Shown piece by piece: positions 23,553 through 36,232 of a DNA stretch of 64,000 nucleotides (positions are counted from its first letter, which is position 1; every line of letters begins with the position of its first letter). Location: assembly GCA_964234715.1 (NCBI GenBank), contig OZ174287.1; one strand, given 5' to 3'. The notes below the pieces were generated by a model. It ran no database searches. It had not been told where the DNA came from and saw nothing but the letters and a program-made list of their open reading frames with translations. The translations under genes were made by a program, and so were the position numbers. This DNA comes from Podarcis melisellensis (lineage: Eukaryota).

Positions 23553-26500
23553 CTGAAACACAAACTTCAAAAATGGGTTTTCACTCTAGGTAACTAACCC
23601 ACTACATCCAGCCTTAGGGTACTGCACGCCCCTCTGCTCTTGGTTCACAAAATAAGCCCTGCTTGGAAATTTCAAGTTATATGAAGAAAGCCTCCAATTT
23701 CCTTCTGGAAATGAAAAACCTACAGTGAATACAGGCAATCACTTGCCACAAGGCACCAGCACAAGGAATGCTGAGCAGTTTGCCCAGGGCTCATAAACGT
23801 TTAAAGGGCCTATGAATCTAGTCCCAGACCTGGCATAATTTCCAACTCACCACTCTTGGCTTTTGGGAAACCAGCAGGGAGGGTAAATTAAGGAGTGTGC
23901 AAGTGACCTGAGTGGATCTGGCACAAAGCCTGCTCACCTGCTTGCTGTAATCTCAGGACTCTGGATATCAGAGGAAAGTGTTACAGGTTTGAAGGTGCTA
24001 GAGTTTAAGGCTTGCAGTATTAAAACCAGGAAACAGCCACACTCATGCACATTTAGGACAGATCCATATGTGCATTTGAACTGTGTACTAGACACTTCCA
24101 ATCCTTTAATTAGCATGTGTGAGAGACCAATTAAGTTAACTTCCTAAACTGTGTATTAGACACCTTGTGAATCGGTTGAAATTAACACGTGTTAGAAAGT
24201 AATTGAGTCAGGCAAATTTCCCTTTGAGGTGTTAGCCTAGGGTAATGAGTCATCCACACAACATGAGGATCAAAGTCAGTGGGACTTCTGCCTGTATTAA
24301 AAGAGACCAGTGTGAAGCTGGGGGGTGACTTGAGGGAGCAAGGCAAGCTGCAGGGCAAGGATGCTGATGTGCCTATGGAGGAAGCAGGACCCACGTCTAT
24401 ATATGTTGTATATAAACCATGTATCATAAACCATATACCATAAAAGCAAAACGCAGACTCAGGGTAAAGAGCACCAGGAGCTACCTGGAATCTCACACTG
24501 CTGTAGAGATTGGGGGTGTCATGTAACACTGGATCAAGGATCCAGCTTGTGACAGAGTAGTGGGCTTTTGCTTGAGCAAATCTGGTACCCAGCCTTGCAG
24601 TTAATTAAACAGTGGTGGCCAATTTATTGGACTAGGGCACCCAAGCAAAGTCCAAAGTATTTCTTAATTCCACTGCAGCATACACTGCACTCCACTCACA
24701 TGCCTTGAGGTGGCCTTGCCTCTAAGTGTGGGGAGCAGGCAGGAAATCAGACCTGACTCCATGCTACAGTCAGGCCAATGAGACTCTACTGCCTGTGCCA
24801 CTTGTGGCACCCAGGCTACAGATTGGTCACTCATTCTGTAAAATTTAAAATTGTATTTTGACATAGTTTGTTCTTCCACCTTAACTCCTACATCTTTTTA
24901 GCACCTTTGTCTAACCAGCTATTCCTCCCCTAGCCTTGCCTTGTATAAATGTGCTCCCTGCCAACACAGTATGACCTTATTGAATTCCACTTCACTCTTA
25001 ACTCAAAATTCACCTAATGAATCTTAATGCTTTCTCCTAATGTGGAGACTTCCTGGCTTGCTCCGGCAGAAAGGAGAGGCCAGAAGATGGAGCCAGAGAC
25101 AATATTCCTCCAGGTTTAATCCAGGCTTATGTAAAAAGACAATCAAGAAACATTGCGTGCAGTGCCTTTTTAACAAACTCTCTGTTAATGTTTCATATAC
25201 CCAGCCTGCTCTTGGGCTGGAGAATATCATCCACAATAATGAAAGGATATGGATCTCCCCACTCACTGTTCAATTTAAGCCACATCTCACCATAACACAG
25301 CCTCAGAATTTGTTTTTGCCAGGGTTCAGAGACCTGGAATATGTCACATATAATAGAGACAGGACTGTCTCTGAGCATGGTTGAGATTTCTTTCCTTTGC
25401 TATCTGGTATCCGGAGCTGTGCTTCCAGATCAGTGGGCAGCACTGCCAGACAGGGATAACCCTCAACAACCAACAACTGTATGATCATCCTTGTAGTCCC
25501 ATCCTAAAAACAACTGTCCCAAGACAAACCAGTGGTTCACAGAGCCACTTTCCCATTAGTCAACAGCAGATAAGACCTGAGTCATTACCAAGGTTCAACA
25601 AAGATAGAAAGCAGTTTATATATTATGACAATTATATTGGGCCAGCTTATATGGCTGTGAGAATATGCTATCTTTTGGAGTTGCTCAATAGTTTTCATCA
25701 GGCAGAACAGAAAGGTGGCTGATTCTCAGTTAATTACCCAACAGTTCATCTCTGCCTAGACAAAACAATTATTTGCAAAGGGAAGTAAAATTGCTTTCTC
25801 TCTGTAGTTGAGAATAAGCCATATAATACCTCTGCCTCTCATCAATGACTAGATCTTTAGGGATCTTCAGAACCAGATAAGTTATAGAATACAAATGAGC
25901 AATTGCTGAGCTTCCCTCCATTTTCTCTTTGCCAACTGTCCACCATTTTGGAGCATCCCTTCTTTCACCTTTCCCCCCCAGCTGGTGCATTCCCTTCAAC
26001 ACAAGTAACAGCACCACCTCCTGGTGGTTGATTAAAATCACACTATGTTTTTCATTTATCTTAAGTGCAGTTCAGTTAACTCCAAGGCACCTCTGAGGGA
26101 AGACTTATCAGCCGATGAAACAGTAATGGGTTTGGCAAGCAGCTGAGGAATGCAAAAGGAAAGTTCCTTCAAAGTTTTTGACTTGCCATGAGAAAAGGCA
26201 GCCACTTCAGGTGATGAATTTCAGGTGCCATTAAGAGCAATGGAGTGAGGGCCAAACTACATGCTAAGTGCATATTTGAATTTGTCAGTGTCTTTAAATA
26301 GCAGCTGCAGGTTTCCCTAATCTCAGTAATATGGCAGGAGTGATAGGTATTGTGTGGGGGGGGGGGCGACAGCATTTTTCTTTCCGGAACAAATAGTAGT
26401 TTGTGTGGCGGGAAGAATTTTAATTGGAACTGCACTGCAGTGGAAAGGGTTAATCCACTCCTCAGCCTGTGCTGAGGCCCTGATTCAAATTGATCGAGGA

Positions 26501-26609
26501 TGGGGGCTTAGCTGCTATTTAAAAACACATGCCACACATTTATTATAATGTGTAGCTTGGTTCTGAGAGACAGACGTATCTGAGAACAGTTCTCTGGCAA
26601 GTTCTAGTG

Positions 26610-26745
26610 CAGGCATAGGCAAACATGGCCCTCCAGGTGTTTTGGGACTACAACTCCCATGATCCCTAGCTAACAGGACCAGTGGTCAGGGATGATGGGA
26701 ACTGTAGTCCCAAAATATCTGGAGGGCTAGGTTTGGCCATGCCTG
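26610..26745. mobile_element. Palindromic hAT MITE (URR1-like)
   Basis: 8-bp TSD TTCTAGTG (26602-26609, 26746-26753); TIRs caggcataggcaaac / gtttggccatgcctg; internal arms self-complementary. Older relatives near 11930, 14240 and 15700. Confidence 0.9.
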
Positions 26746-26904
26746 TTCTAGTGCATCAGCCCCACTGAAGTGAATAGCAACTATTCAAGAGCATCGTATG
26801 GAGACTGTAAAGGAGAACTGTCCCATGGCAGGCGATTAAACCTGAAGGAGATCCGCCACAATCGTTGCCCAATGATATGAACTCAGTCTTGTCTTACCTG
26901 CCAT

Positions 26905-27003
26905 TCATCTTTCCACATCGTAGGCGGGCATAAGATATTCCTTTGGCACAATCCCCACCATGCTGTCCAGCTCTCCGACCCACCAGCCATACATGTTGTA
27001 CTC
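26905..27003 (-). CDS. SKAP1: SKAP1 last coding exon, C-terminal half of SH3 ([32 protein letters not shown])
   Basis: Minus-strand acceptor ttcCAG (27006-27004), phase 0, TGA at 26907-26905, donor GTAAGA after 26898. [14 protein letters not shown] matches SKAP1 rather than SKAP2 ([23 protein letters not shown]). Syntenic with SNX11. Confidence 0.96.
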   Translation of the reverse strand, partial: EYNMYGWWVGELDSMVGIVPKEYLMPAYDVER

Positions 27004-27091
27004 CTGGAATTGAAGTAAGAACAGCATTAAGTGAAATAGCTGGATGAAGGGCCTTGATGTCATGGGCTTAGACTCCTGCCACTGTCACAGA

Positions 27092-27329
27092 AGATGAGTT
27101 TGGATTTGATATCCCGCTTTATCACTACCTTAAGGAGTCTCAAAGCGGCCAACAATCTCCTTTCCCTTCTTTCCCCACAACAAACACATTGTGAGGTGAG
27201 CGAGGCTGAGAGACTTCAGAGAAGTGTGACTGGCCCAAGGTCACCCAGCAGGTGCATGTGGAGGAGCAGAGACGCGAACCCGGTTCCCCAGATTACGAGT
27301 CCACCGCTCTTAACCACTACACCACACTG
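27092..27329 (-). mobile_element. Squamate tRNA-derived SINE (Squam3-like)
   Basis: Minus head cagtgtggtgtagtggttaagagc...ggttcgcgtc; closely similar copy at 38774-39011. Confidence 0.88.
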
Positions 27330-27573
27330 TCACAGAACTTGTAAGAACATAAGGGCCTCCTGGATCAGCCCAATGGCCCATCTAATCCAACATGGGAGCC
27401 ACACACACAAGCAGCCTGAAAGGTTACATCAAGACTGCACTGATTGTCATTGTAAAACATACACGTGCTCATCATTCTGGGTAGTGGCGGGATAAATTGC
27501 AACATACTCAGCATTAGGTGCCACTTGGTGTTGATAGAAAAGTTAAAGTGCTTAATGGATTGTGTCCAATGAG

Positions 27574-27843
27574 CATAGGATCACAGAATTGTAGAGTTGG
27601 AAGAGGGTCATCTGGTTTCCTCTTTACCAGGTTAGACGTAACCAATTCCCTCAACCCTTCCTCATAAGGCTTGGTTTCCAGACCCCTGATAATCTGGGCC
27701 GCCTTCCTCTGCACACATTGTAGCTTGTTAATATCTTTCTTAAATTGTGGTGACCACAACCGGGCGCAGTACTCCAGGTGTGGTCTGAAAAGAGCAGGAC
27801 TATTCCTTCCCATGATTGGGACACTATACTTCTGTAAATGCAT
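27574..27843 (-). mobile_element. CR1 LINE 3' fragment
   Basis: ORF 27514-27843 contains RPHLEYCARLWSPQFKKDINKLQCVQRKA..IRGLE; CR1 tail ttccaactctacaattctgtgatcctatg. Confidence 0.9.
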
Positions 27844-30800
27844 TTAAAATAGCAATATGAATTATTATTTCTCATTTATTTATTTTTTGAACTTTTAATT
27901 TGATGTATTTTTGGGTTAGCTGCCTTGGACACTGTAGAAAGACAGGATATAATCAATTGCATTAAAACAATAAAAATACAACTGTCAAGGGCCTAACATA
28001 TAAAATAAACCTTTTGGAATAAAGCAGCATTAAAACAAGAGTCCCAAATGCTTTGTATTTCTCCCTTCACAAATGCTGCACCAAATAAAACTACTTTTAA
28101 CTTAACATAACACTTAAGAATACAGTATTAATATTCATAGATAAGATTCTCTGTACATATAAAGGTTTGGACTAGGCTTCTGCCTGATGCACCAGTTTTC
28201 TAATGGGAAAGGGTTGTGTTTGTTTTTGCATATTCTTCAAACTGTATTCTTCCGCCTGCAGCTTGAAGTGGAAGAGTTCAGAAAAATATCTACCACTTAA
28301 CCCTGTTGATTGTGCAAACTTGTCCATACAGAGCCTTTTGCTGCAGCACCCAGAAGAACTGAAAGTTCTGGCAGAAGTTCTGTTTTGGCTGTGAAGAACC
28401 CAGGACTGTCAGCTCTCTGGCCAGTGAGTGGGGCCATAGAGTCTTTGCCCTTCCCTTAGCGGTGGAAAACATGATTCTAGCAGCTGTTGGCCCACCGGAC
28501 ACTGGGCGAGGCAGAATGTCCTACATTTTGCTCCTTAAATAGCTCCAGGGATATGTGAAGTAATAGTAAAGTAGAGTTCCTCTGAGCACATTCAGAGTGC
28601 TTTCTTCTCTAGAATAACCTCTCTCATGGACATGTTAGGAGCAAGACGCTGCAAGCTGAAGGGTTTCCAGACAAGTGTCGCAGCATTCAGTATAAAGGCT
28701 ATGGGTTGTTTCACACAAGTATGTTAATCACTTGTTGACTACGCAGCATCTAATGGCGACATGCATGGCGAATGAGCCATTATAGATTAATCACCACAAA
28801 CATCTTTCATATCACCTGATGTCAGTTCACGCACAATGCTTTTCAGCCCAGAGTCAGTTCACACATTCTGCTAAAATAGCCAAGTACAGAGTAATGAAGT
28901 GATGTAGATGTGTGTGTGAACAAGCCCAAGGCACCAGGAAAAAAACAGAGAAAGGGATACTGTGCCAGATGGATGTAAAAGGCGAAGACAGAGACCGGAC
29001 CCACCTTCTTCCAAGCACTGCCTTGGCCTGAGCACTGTGAGGTATTTTAAAACAATTTCGGCTTTGATGGATTGCTGGGGAGCCAGCGATTGTTCATAAT
29101 CAAAAAAGGAAGAATGGAATGCAAATGAGCACAAGCCGAGAACCATCGGCGCCGGGCGCTTTATTTCCCTGTGCTGTGCCAAAAAGAATTAAAACAACAT
29201 TAAACTCCCAGCAATAATGTTTAAGCTCTCGTTTCCGAGTGCCAAATTGCACCGCTCTGGATCATACAGATGTTCGTTAATTATGCTAATTTTTATTAAA
29301 CTATTAAAATGGAGGAAGTTGCACTGGCAGAGCCCCGGCCCGAGGTGAACCCTGCCTTGCGTCTGGAGGTGCTAATTTGCCAGCTTCCCTCCATAAGCTG
29401 CTGATGCCGGAGGTTTGGGCTTTGCTTAGCGAGGGGGAATTTTTTTGTATGGGGTGATGGAGAGGATGACTTCTTCAGCAGAAAATGTTGAAACAAATTC
29501 CAGTGAGTGCTAGATGCTAGACCCTTTGGACCTGCACACATCCATTGATCCAGAGCAGGCTTGACCATGAGGACAGAGGAGGTAGCTGTCTGTGGTGGCT
29601 CAGTTCAAGAGAGGCTCCCCATGCCACACCAGCAATCCTGAGTCCAGGCTCTTAACCCTCCTTTTGTGGTAGCTGGCTCCCCATGGAGAGTGTGCTCCAG
29701 GACCTGTGCACTGTAGCTTAGAGTTAGCAGGGGACACCCCTGACTCATGCCAACAAGGGCAGCAAGAATGCCGAGTTTGTCCTACAGCAATCCAGCATTA
29801 ACAAGGGCTTTATTATTATTATTTTGCAGGAATGTTTCAGCACTGTTGTAACATGTCTAAGCACTGTAACTTTGAGGTCAGCTTCCCAAGCAGAGTTCAG
29901 TTTCAAAAATGATAGTGGATTTTGGGGAAAATATACAGAGTTAATTCCCAGCCCCTCTCCTGGGCCCAGGGTAAAAGGCCTCAACAAAAGGATATCCTTG
30001 GCTAAAAATTTACATCCTTCAGGTGTCCTGCACCCCCTGATTCATAGGAGTACTGGTATGAAAGACAGGTACACTGAAAGACTGTCTAAAATTGGTGTGC
30101 TGATTAGTGAAATCAACTGGAGGCATGTAGTATCAAAAATTAGGAAAATCTGTAATGTTCTTGGCTTGAAGTCCGAACTGTGGCCTAGGAAATGGGATCA
30201 CAGGATTTCACCTTACCTGCGCTGACTGCATGAACTGAAAGAGGTGTGTGTGTTATCCAAGATGTGTAAAAAGATCTCAAGAACAGAACAGAAGCTTAGC
30301 GCAGGGGTGGCATCCCTGCCGATTAAAAAAGATGAAGCAAAAATATGCAAAGGAAGTAAAAATGAAATGCAAAATTTCTTTCCCCATCCCTTGGCTCCCA
30401 AATTTCTTGTCAGCAGCAAAGCTGAAACAGCTGCATGCGGATCAATCTTTCCTGGGCGTGGGGGTCCGTGGAGGGATTGCACATGCACAGACATAGAAGA
30501 ATTTATGTTGCTGATGTACACCAACTAATGGGAAAACAATATCTAAACCTATGGGAAAGGACATATAAACCAAAATAGGATGCCGACAAGCGACAAGGGG
30601 GACATTTCTTGGCTACTCTCAGCCTTCTCATGCGGCTGCTTTACTGCTTTTCGACAGCGTCACGGGTGTCCTTTGCATGCCTCCTGTCTCGATGTCTGGA
30701 CTCTCTCTACCGTGCCACAAGAAAATGCCTTAGCAAGCAGGTAGCGGCAGGGGGTAGGGGGAGGAAGACTGGGAGGAAACAGCAGGCAGCTCTCGTAAGC

Positions 30801-31692
30801 CGGAAAAGAGAATGAAGACCCCTGCTACAGAGCCGCTCGCTTTTAATTTCCATCTGCCCCCATCCCCACTGTTTCCCTATTTGTAGAGCGTTCTGCATGA
30901 CAGCTCAGCAACTACCCAAGATGACCACTGATACGTCTTTGAGGGGCAAGGCAGAAACAGCCTCAGGGCTGCAGCGCTCTTTCGCTTTCTGTATAAAATA
31001 TGTGTGCATGTATATTACTGGGGTGCAAATCTAATGGGAAGTTATCACCCACTGAGTTCTTTCTCGGTAAGTCCAGATGCAGCGGCTGGTTGCAGTTACT
31101 CAGTGGTCATAGGAATATAATGAATGTGCTTTATACTAAATCAGACCTTTGGTCTATTAAACCCAGTGCAATGTACTCTGACTGGTGACGGCTCTCTAGC
31201 AAAGGTCCTTCCCAGTCCTACTCTGTGAGGTTTTGTAACTGGAGATGCCTATGCCTTGGAACAAACTTGTTACTTTCTGCATGCACATGACATGTTCACC
31301 TGCTGAGCTAAACCAAGGTAAGACCTGCTGCTTGTTAAAAGCTAGTTTTAGATGTTATATATACCCCACATGCAGACAAGGAGAAGCCCCTTTATGTGTC
31401 GCAAATGCTTTATGCAGGAAGAGTGATGTTTAAAAGATCCTTACCAAATGCGTATCCCTAACCACAAATAGCAGGAGCATGCTTCTGATTCTGGCAGCAG
31501 CTTTCACAACTGCTACTCATGATGGGTAAAGTGCATTTAGTGAGTATTTTAAATATTACTGTTCAGGATCTCATGTGCAGTACATGTGCAGCATCTCTGT
31601 AACTAAGCATTTCCTGAGGGCTGCTTGTCAGCGAGGCAACACAGAAACAGGCTGTCATTTGCAAATAATTAAGAGCAAAAATGAATTTGACT

Positions 31693-31694
<2 letters not shown>

Positions 31695-31726
<32 letters not shown>
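31695..31726. repeat. (GT)16 microsatellite
   Basis: Direct reading. Confidence 0.97.
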
Positions 31727-31729
<3 letters not shown>

Positions 31730-33784
31730 TTCAAGCAAGTTTTCCTTGCTACAATTTATTTCCAAAAATGTGAATCTATAGTCTCCTAATTATGGTTGCA
31801 CTGGGATTTAGAGCTAAGCTAAGCTCTTGCAAAATTCATCCCACTTGCATGAGCTGCCAACAGCACTGACAGTGGAATAAGTGAGACAATTTGCAGAACT
31901 CTGAACTAAGCTGTTGACGGGAACAGCAAACTACAATATGGCCACAGATAAGATTGACAGGAGGAGGAAGGCCGGGCTGAATTCCTAGTCAATCACCAAA
32001 GAGGTTGGTTAATTTTTAGAAGCAAGAGGTGTCTGGAATAAACACTCAAAGGAATTCCTTCCTTCCGTCCCAGAGGTGTATGCATTGGATATCCTGTGGT
32101 TACTCAAAGTATACAGTAACTACATGTTATGAGAGAGGTGGGGTTGCTATCCAAAACAGCAGTCTGGTTTTGAGCTCTCCCCTTCCTCCTCCATAACATG
32201 TAGTAAAACTAACAGCATGTTCTGATACCATCATCATGTTGCATTTTTCCTTGGCACTGACAACCAGTGATTTATCTCTATTGATTTATTGCAATTATTT
32301 ATATCCTGCCTTCCAGGATGTGGCAAATCCTTCCATGATGTGAGGAATTTGATGTGAAGCAATGACGAGGAAACACGCAGCACGACATCAAGAAATTGGC
32401 TACGTTTTACTACACATTACGGAGCAGGGAGAACTCAATACAGAACTTCTGCCTTTGCTGGTAACCCCGTATTTCTCATCATGTACAGCTCCGCCCTCAC
32501 TATGAATGGAAAGAATCACTACACATGCTCAGAGGCACTCTTTTTTCATGTACTTAGTTTTCTCCAGAGCAGAGCCCCAGCACCAGCGGCGGCCCACACA
32601 TGAGGCAAGGTGAGGTGACGTCCCACTGGGGCAGCAGATCCCAATGTTGATCTCTCCCCCCCACCTTTGTTCCTGATGTAGATCTTCCCTCGTCCCTTCT
32701 TCCCTAGTGGGAAAGGGGTGCTATTTTGGGGTCTGCCTCAGGTGCCAAAATGTCACGGGCTGGCTCTGCTTGGCACGGAAAATAGATTCTGGGGCTAATA
32801 CATCCTATCTCCCAATTAAGCCTCAGGGTTTGGAGACAAACTCTTTTCTCTATAGTGAGACATTACCTGTTCTAAAACAAAAGGCTGGCTCCACACCCCA
32901 CCTTGCCAACGCTGATCTAGCAATATTTACTCCTCAACCCCAACTTAGCTCTAGTTACAGTCCAAGCGCCTCGTAAACAACCCCGATCCTACTTTGGCGA
33001 TGTAGTTAATCAGCCCCAGTCGCTCACAGAAGATCAATGGCGGGATGATGGATGCCCGAGGAGAAAAGCCAAAATCAATCACAGGCTTATCGGTATATGA
33101 TTGCTTGGCCCCATTATTAGTGCCGGAGCATCATACATTATTGTTAGTAAAATGGAGGCCTCTAATTCATAGGTGAGCTGTGTCACGCATTATTGGAGGG
33201 TCGCTTGACATGGGAGGGTTTTATATTGGGTCGCTGCAGACATCTGTTTACCTCAAAAACTGGCCCAGGGCTGAAAGCTGGCTCAGAACAAAATTTAGGG
33301 CTTAACACTGGAAAGGAGGAAACCTGAGCACAGTGGCCAGTTTTTGGGAATGAAAGAGAGGTGTTAGGGTCTGAATGTCCCCCAGGAAGCTGCAGTGACA
33401 GCTCAAGACGTTTCTCCTGTGCTCATGTGCTGCTCGCCCCCCCCCCCGTCATTTCAACAGGGCTTGCATAGTAGAGAAACTTCCCTGTAGGTAGTGCTCT
33501 ATGAATGAGACCTCTCTCTCTGTCTCTTTATTGCCCAAAACCTATTTTCTGAGATGACAGCCTACATTGCCTCATGGTCAGGCAGAAAGTCATGACGTGG
33601 CCTCTGCCATGGAAGTCTAGCCTTCTTAACCCTAGATATCGGGGTCAGGAAGGGGCCCCATCTCTTCAAACGAGCTTGTACTTTCGTTCCATTTCCTCTG
33701 GGATAGCAGGAACTCCTGCAACTAGGGAAGGGGAAGAGTGTGGAACTTCACAGTGTGGAGATGGGGTGCGGAAGGCAGAGAGAA

Positions 33785-34845
33785 GATCTGGGAAATTACA
33801 GAGTGGCCAGTCTGACTTTGATACCTTGGAACACGCTAGAACAGAGGAAAAAGGAGTCAGTTTATAATCATCTGTGTAACAATGTAGTGATAAGTGATTT
33901 TAATTGGGTTATAAGCTTAGTGGATTGTGGGAATGTAGTGGACATAATTTATCTTTATTTCAGCAGAGCATTTGATATTTGGTTAGCAAACTGGTTAAAT
34001 GCAGGATATATAATAATACCATCAGGTGGATCCAGAGCAGGCAAAATCGAGCATGTTCATCAATGGTTTCTCATCAACCTGGATCATGTTTTTGAGCATG
34101 GTGCCATAAGGATCTGAGCACAAGCACACTATTCCTTCCTGTGGTTTCCAGCAACTGATATTCAGAAGCATTGCTGCCTCTGACTGTGAAGGCAGAGCAT
34201 AGCCATTGGGGCTAGCAATCACCTTTACAGAATAACTGGGCACAGTACTGCAGATAAGGTCTGACCAGTGCAGAATAAAATGATTTTTTTAAAAGACTTG
34301 GAAACTATGGTGCTACTAATGCAGCCTAAAATTGTATTATCTTTTTTTTTGGCAGCATCACACTGCTGATCCATGTTCAGCTTGTGATTGATTATAATTC
34401 TGAGATCTAATCAAATCTTTATTATTATGGTCAATGACCAGATCCTGAGATCCTTTTTGTATGCTGCCAAGCCAGATGTCCCCCATACTCTCCTTCTGCA
34501 TTTGATTTTTAAAAAAATCGTCTATATTGAATTTCATTTTGTTAGTTTCAGCCCAGTTTTCCATTGGCACCACACTTTTTAAAAGAATGCAGACAAATTG
34601 GAACAGGTTCAGAAGAGGGCAAAAGTTGTACAATGAAAGGTTGAGGAAACCGGGTGTGATTAGCCAGGTGAAGAGAAGACTGAAGGCAGATACGAGAGTA
34701 AACTTCAAATCTCTGAAGGGTTCTCTTATAGAACAGGGTACTTATTTTCCGCTGCCCCAGTGGGCAGGACTAGTTCTAATGGGCTTACATTACAGATGGT
34801 AGATTTCAGTTAAACATTAGGAGAAACCTCTCAACAATAAGCACA
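33785..34845. mobile_element. Rearranged CR1 LINE RT remnant (+ 33785-34083, - 34228-34565, + 34566-34845)
   Basis: GNYRVASLT and VDIIYLYFSRAFD on +; ENWAETNKMKFN ... ILGCI ... YSALVRP.LQYCAQ on -; WHHTF/DKLEQVQKRA on +. Confidence 0.85.
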
Positions 34846-35529
34846 GATAAATGAAGACTGGGAATCCAAGGGACCTAATGAGACCCTCCAGACTTTTCTA
34901 TCTGTTCCTTGGGACTTTTCCTAGGTCACACCTCTTAAAGGCTCTGCTCTGCTGGAGTGTGTTTTCCCTTCAGACCAGTGTGCCTGATAGACTACAATAT
35001 GGATATGCAGCAGCTCTGAGAGCTTTAAAGGAGGTAGAGGGACATGATTGGTTTTCTGGCATTACCTGATTCCATGGACCAGGAATGTGTTATTTGCATC
35101 TTGTGTGGAATTGTCTGAAGTTCCTCCCTCTGAACAGCTGTATGGGTGATGCATTCCTGTTATAATTGGTGCTTGAACGAGTGCTTAATTTCTGACTATA
35201 TGTGATTATTTCTCACAAACACCTGTATCTCAGAGTAAACTCAATTGTTTTAACTTCTAAGTGCTGAAGACCGGTTGTGAAGTGCTGGCGGACAAAACAC
35301 GTTCTATAAACTAACACTGGACATATCTGGAGAGTGCTTAGTTCAATATGGGCACTTCACATCAGAGTTGTGATTAGACAGTTGGCAGGCACAAGTGTCA
35401 CTGATCATACCTTTTCCTATGGATACAAAAACAATTCAATGGCACATAGATTCTCCCAATGATTCATACCATTAATGTTATATCAAGTCATAACGTTAAT
35501 GTCATAACAGGAGTGTATGGAGTGTTAGG

Positions 35530-36232
35530 GGAGGGTACTGCTTCTGGTGGGGAACATGTTGTGCTCCTTCTGGGGTAATTTATCCACCTTTGGTCCCCAC
35601 CCTGCACTCAGCTCCCACCTGTGGCTCCTAGAAGCTGTCAGCATGTGACAGAGCCAGGGAATGGCTTTGACTAGCCAGCTAAACCAGGTGAGGGTAGCTG
35701 AAGGGACTCAAACCCTCGGTGGTTAGGGACTTGCATGCGAAGCCAGGCTCTGGGGAATTGAGTGGATAAGACCAATAGTGGGTCCAACAGTCAAGAAAGT
35801 GGCTTCCGCACATGCTGTAGAGGGAAGTGAGGGGCAGATGGACCTCGTCAATCTGGGAAGGTAGCCCATCTAGGAGAAGGAAAACTCTGATCCTAAAACT
35901 TTGTTGCCTTGCAGGACATCTTCGGGAGAAGAACAGGCTAAGGAGTAACCCTACACAAATCCAGAGTGGAGTCCCTAAGACAGTTGGGTGGCACTTTGTA
36001 TGACTCCTTCTGGCAACTCCTGCAGCCAACCTGGTGCCAAACATATTGCTATGCTTTCCTTTGGACCACATCAGCGAGGCTGAGAGGAGGGTCTTGTCAT
36101 CTTGGCAGCTCAGGACCACCATACACACTGCCCAGGCTTGCACCCCGGGGAGCTCACTTCAGTACTGCTAACACAGCAATTTCACCCCTGGAGGCACACT
36201 CCATTGTCTCTTGGGACTGATGGATACCAACA
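35530..36232 (+). mobile_element. Interspersed repeat resembling an RTE-type 5'UTR-derived non-autonomous element
   Basis: Contains ggtagcccatctaggagaaggaaaactctga, recalled from RTE-clade 5' regions; family not verified. Confidence 0.45.

Noticed and set aside
24870-25480. Possible highly decayed LINE endonuclease region (minus)
   Set aside because: Only faint motif echoes (YET, ARGGIA); too weak to call.
27094-27495. Similar ORFs at 27094 and 38773 suggesting a duplicated gene
   Set aside because: Antisense readings of two copies of the same SINE.
35546-35601. GGTGGGGA/TCCCCACC stem as an HDV-like ribozyme at the start of the RTE-like repeat
   Set aside because: The GG of P1.1 and the J4/2 motif could not be placed after the stem.
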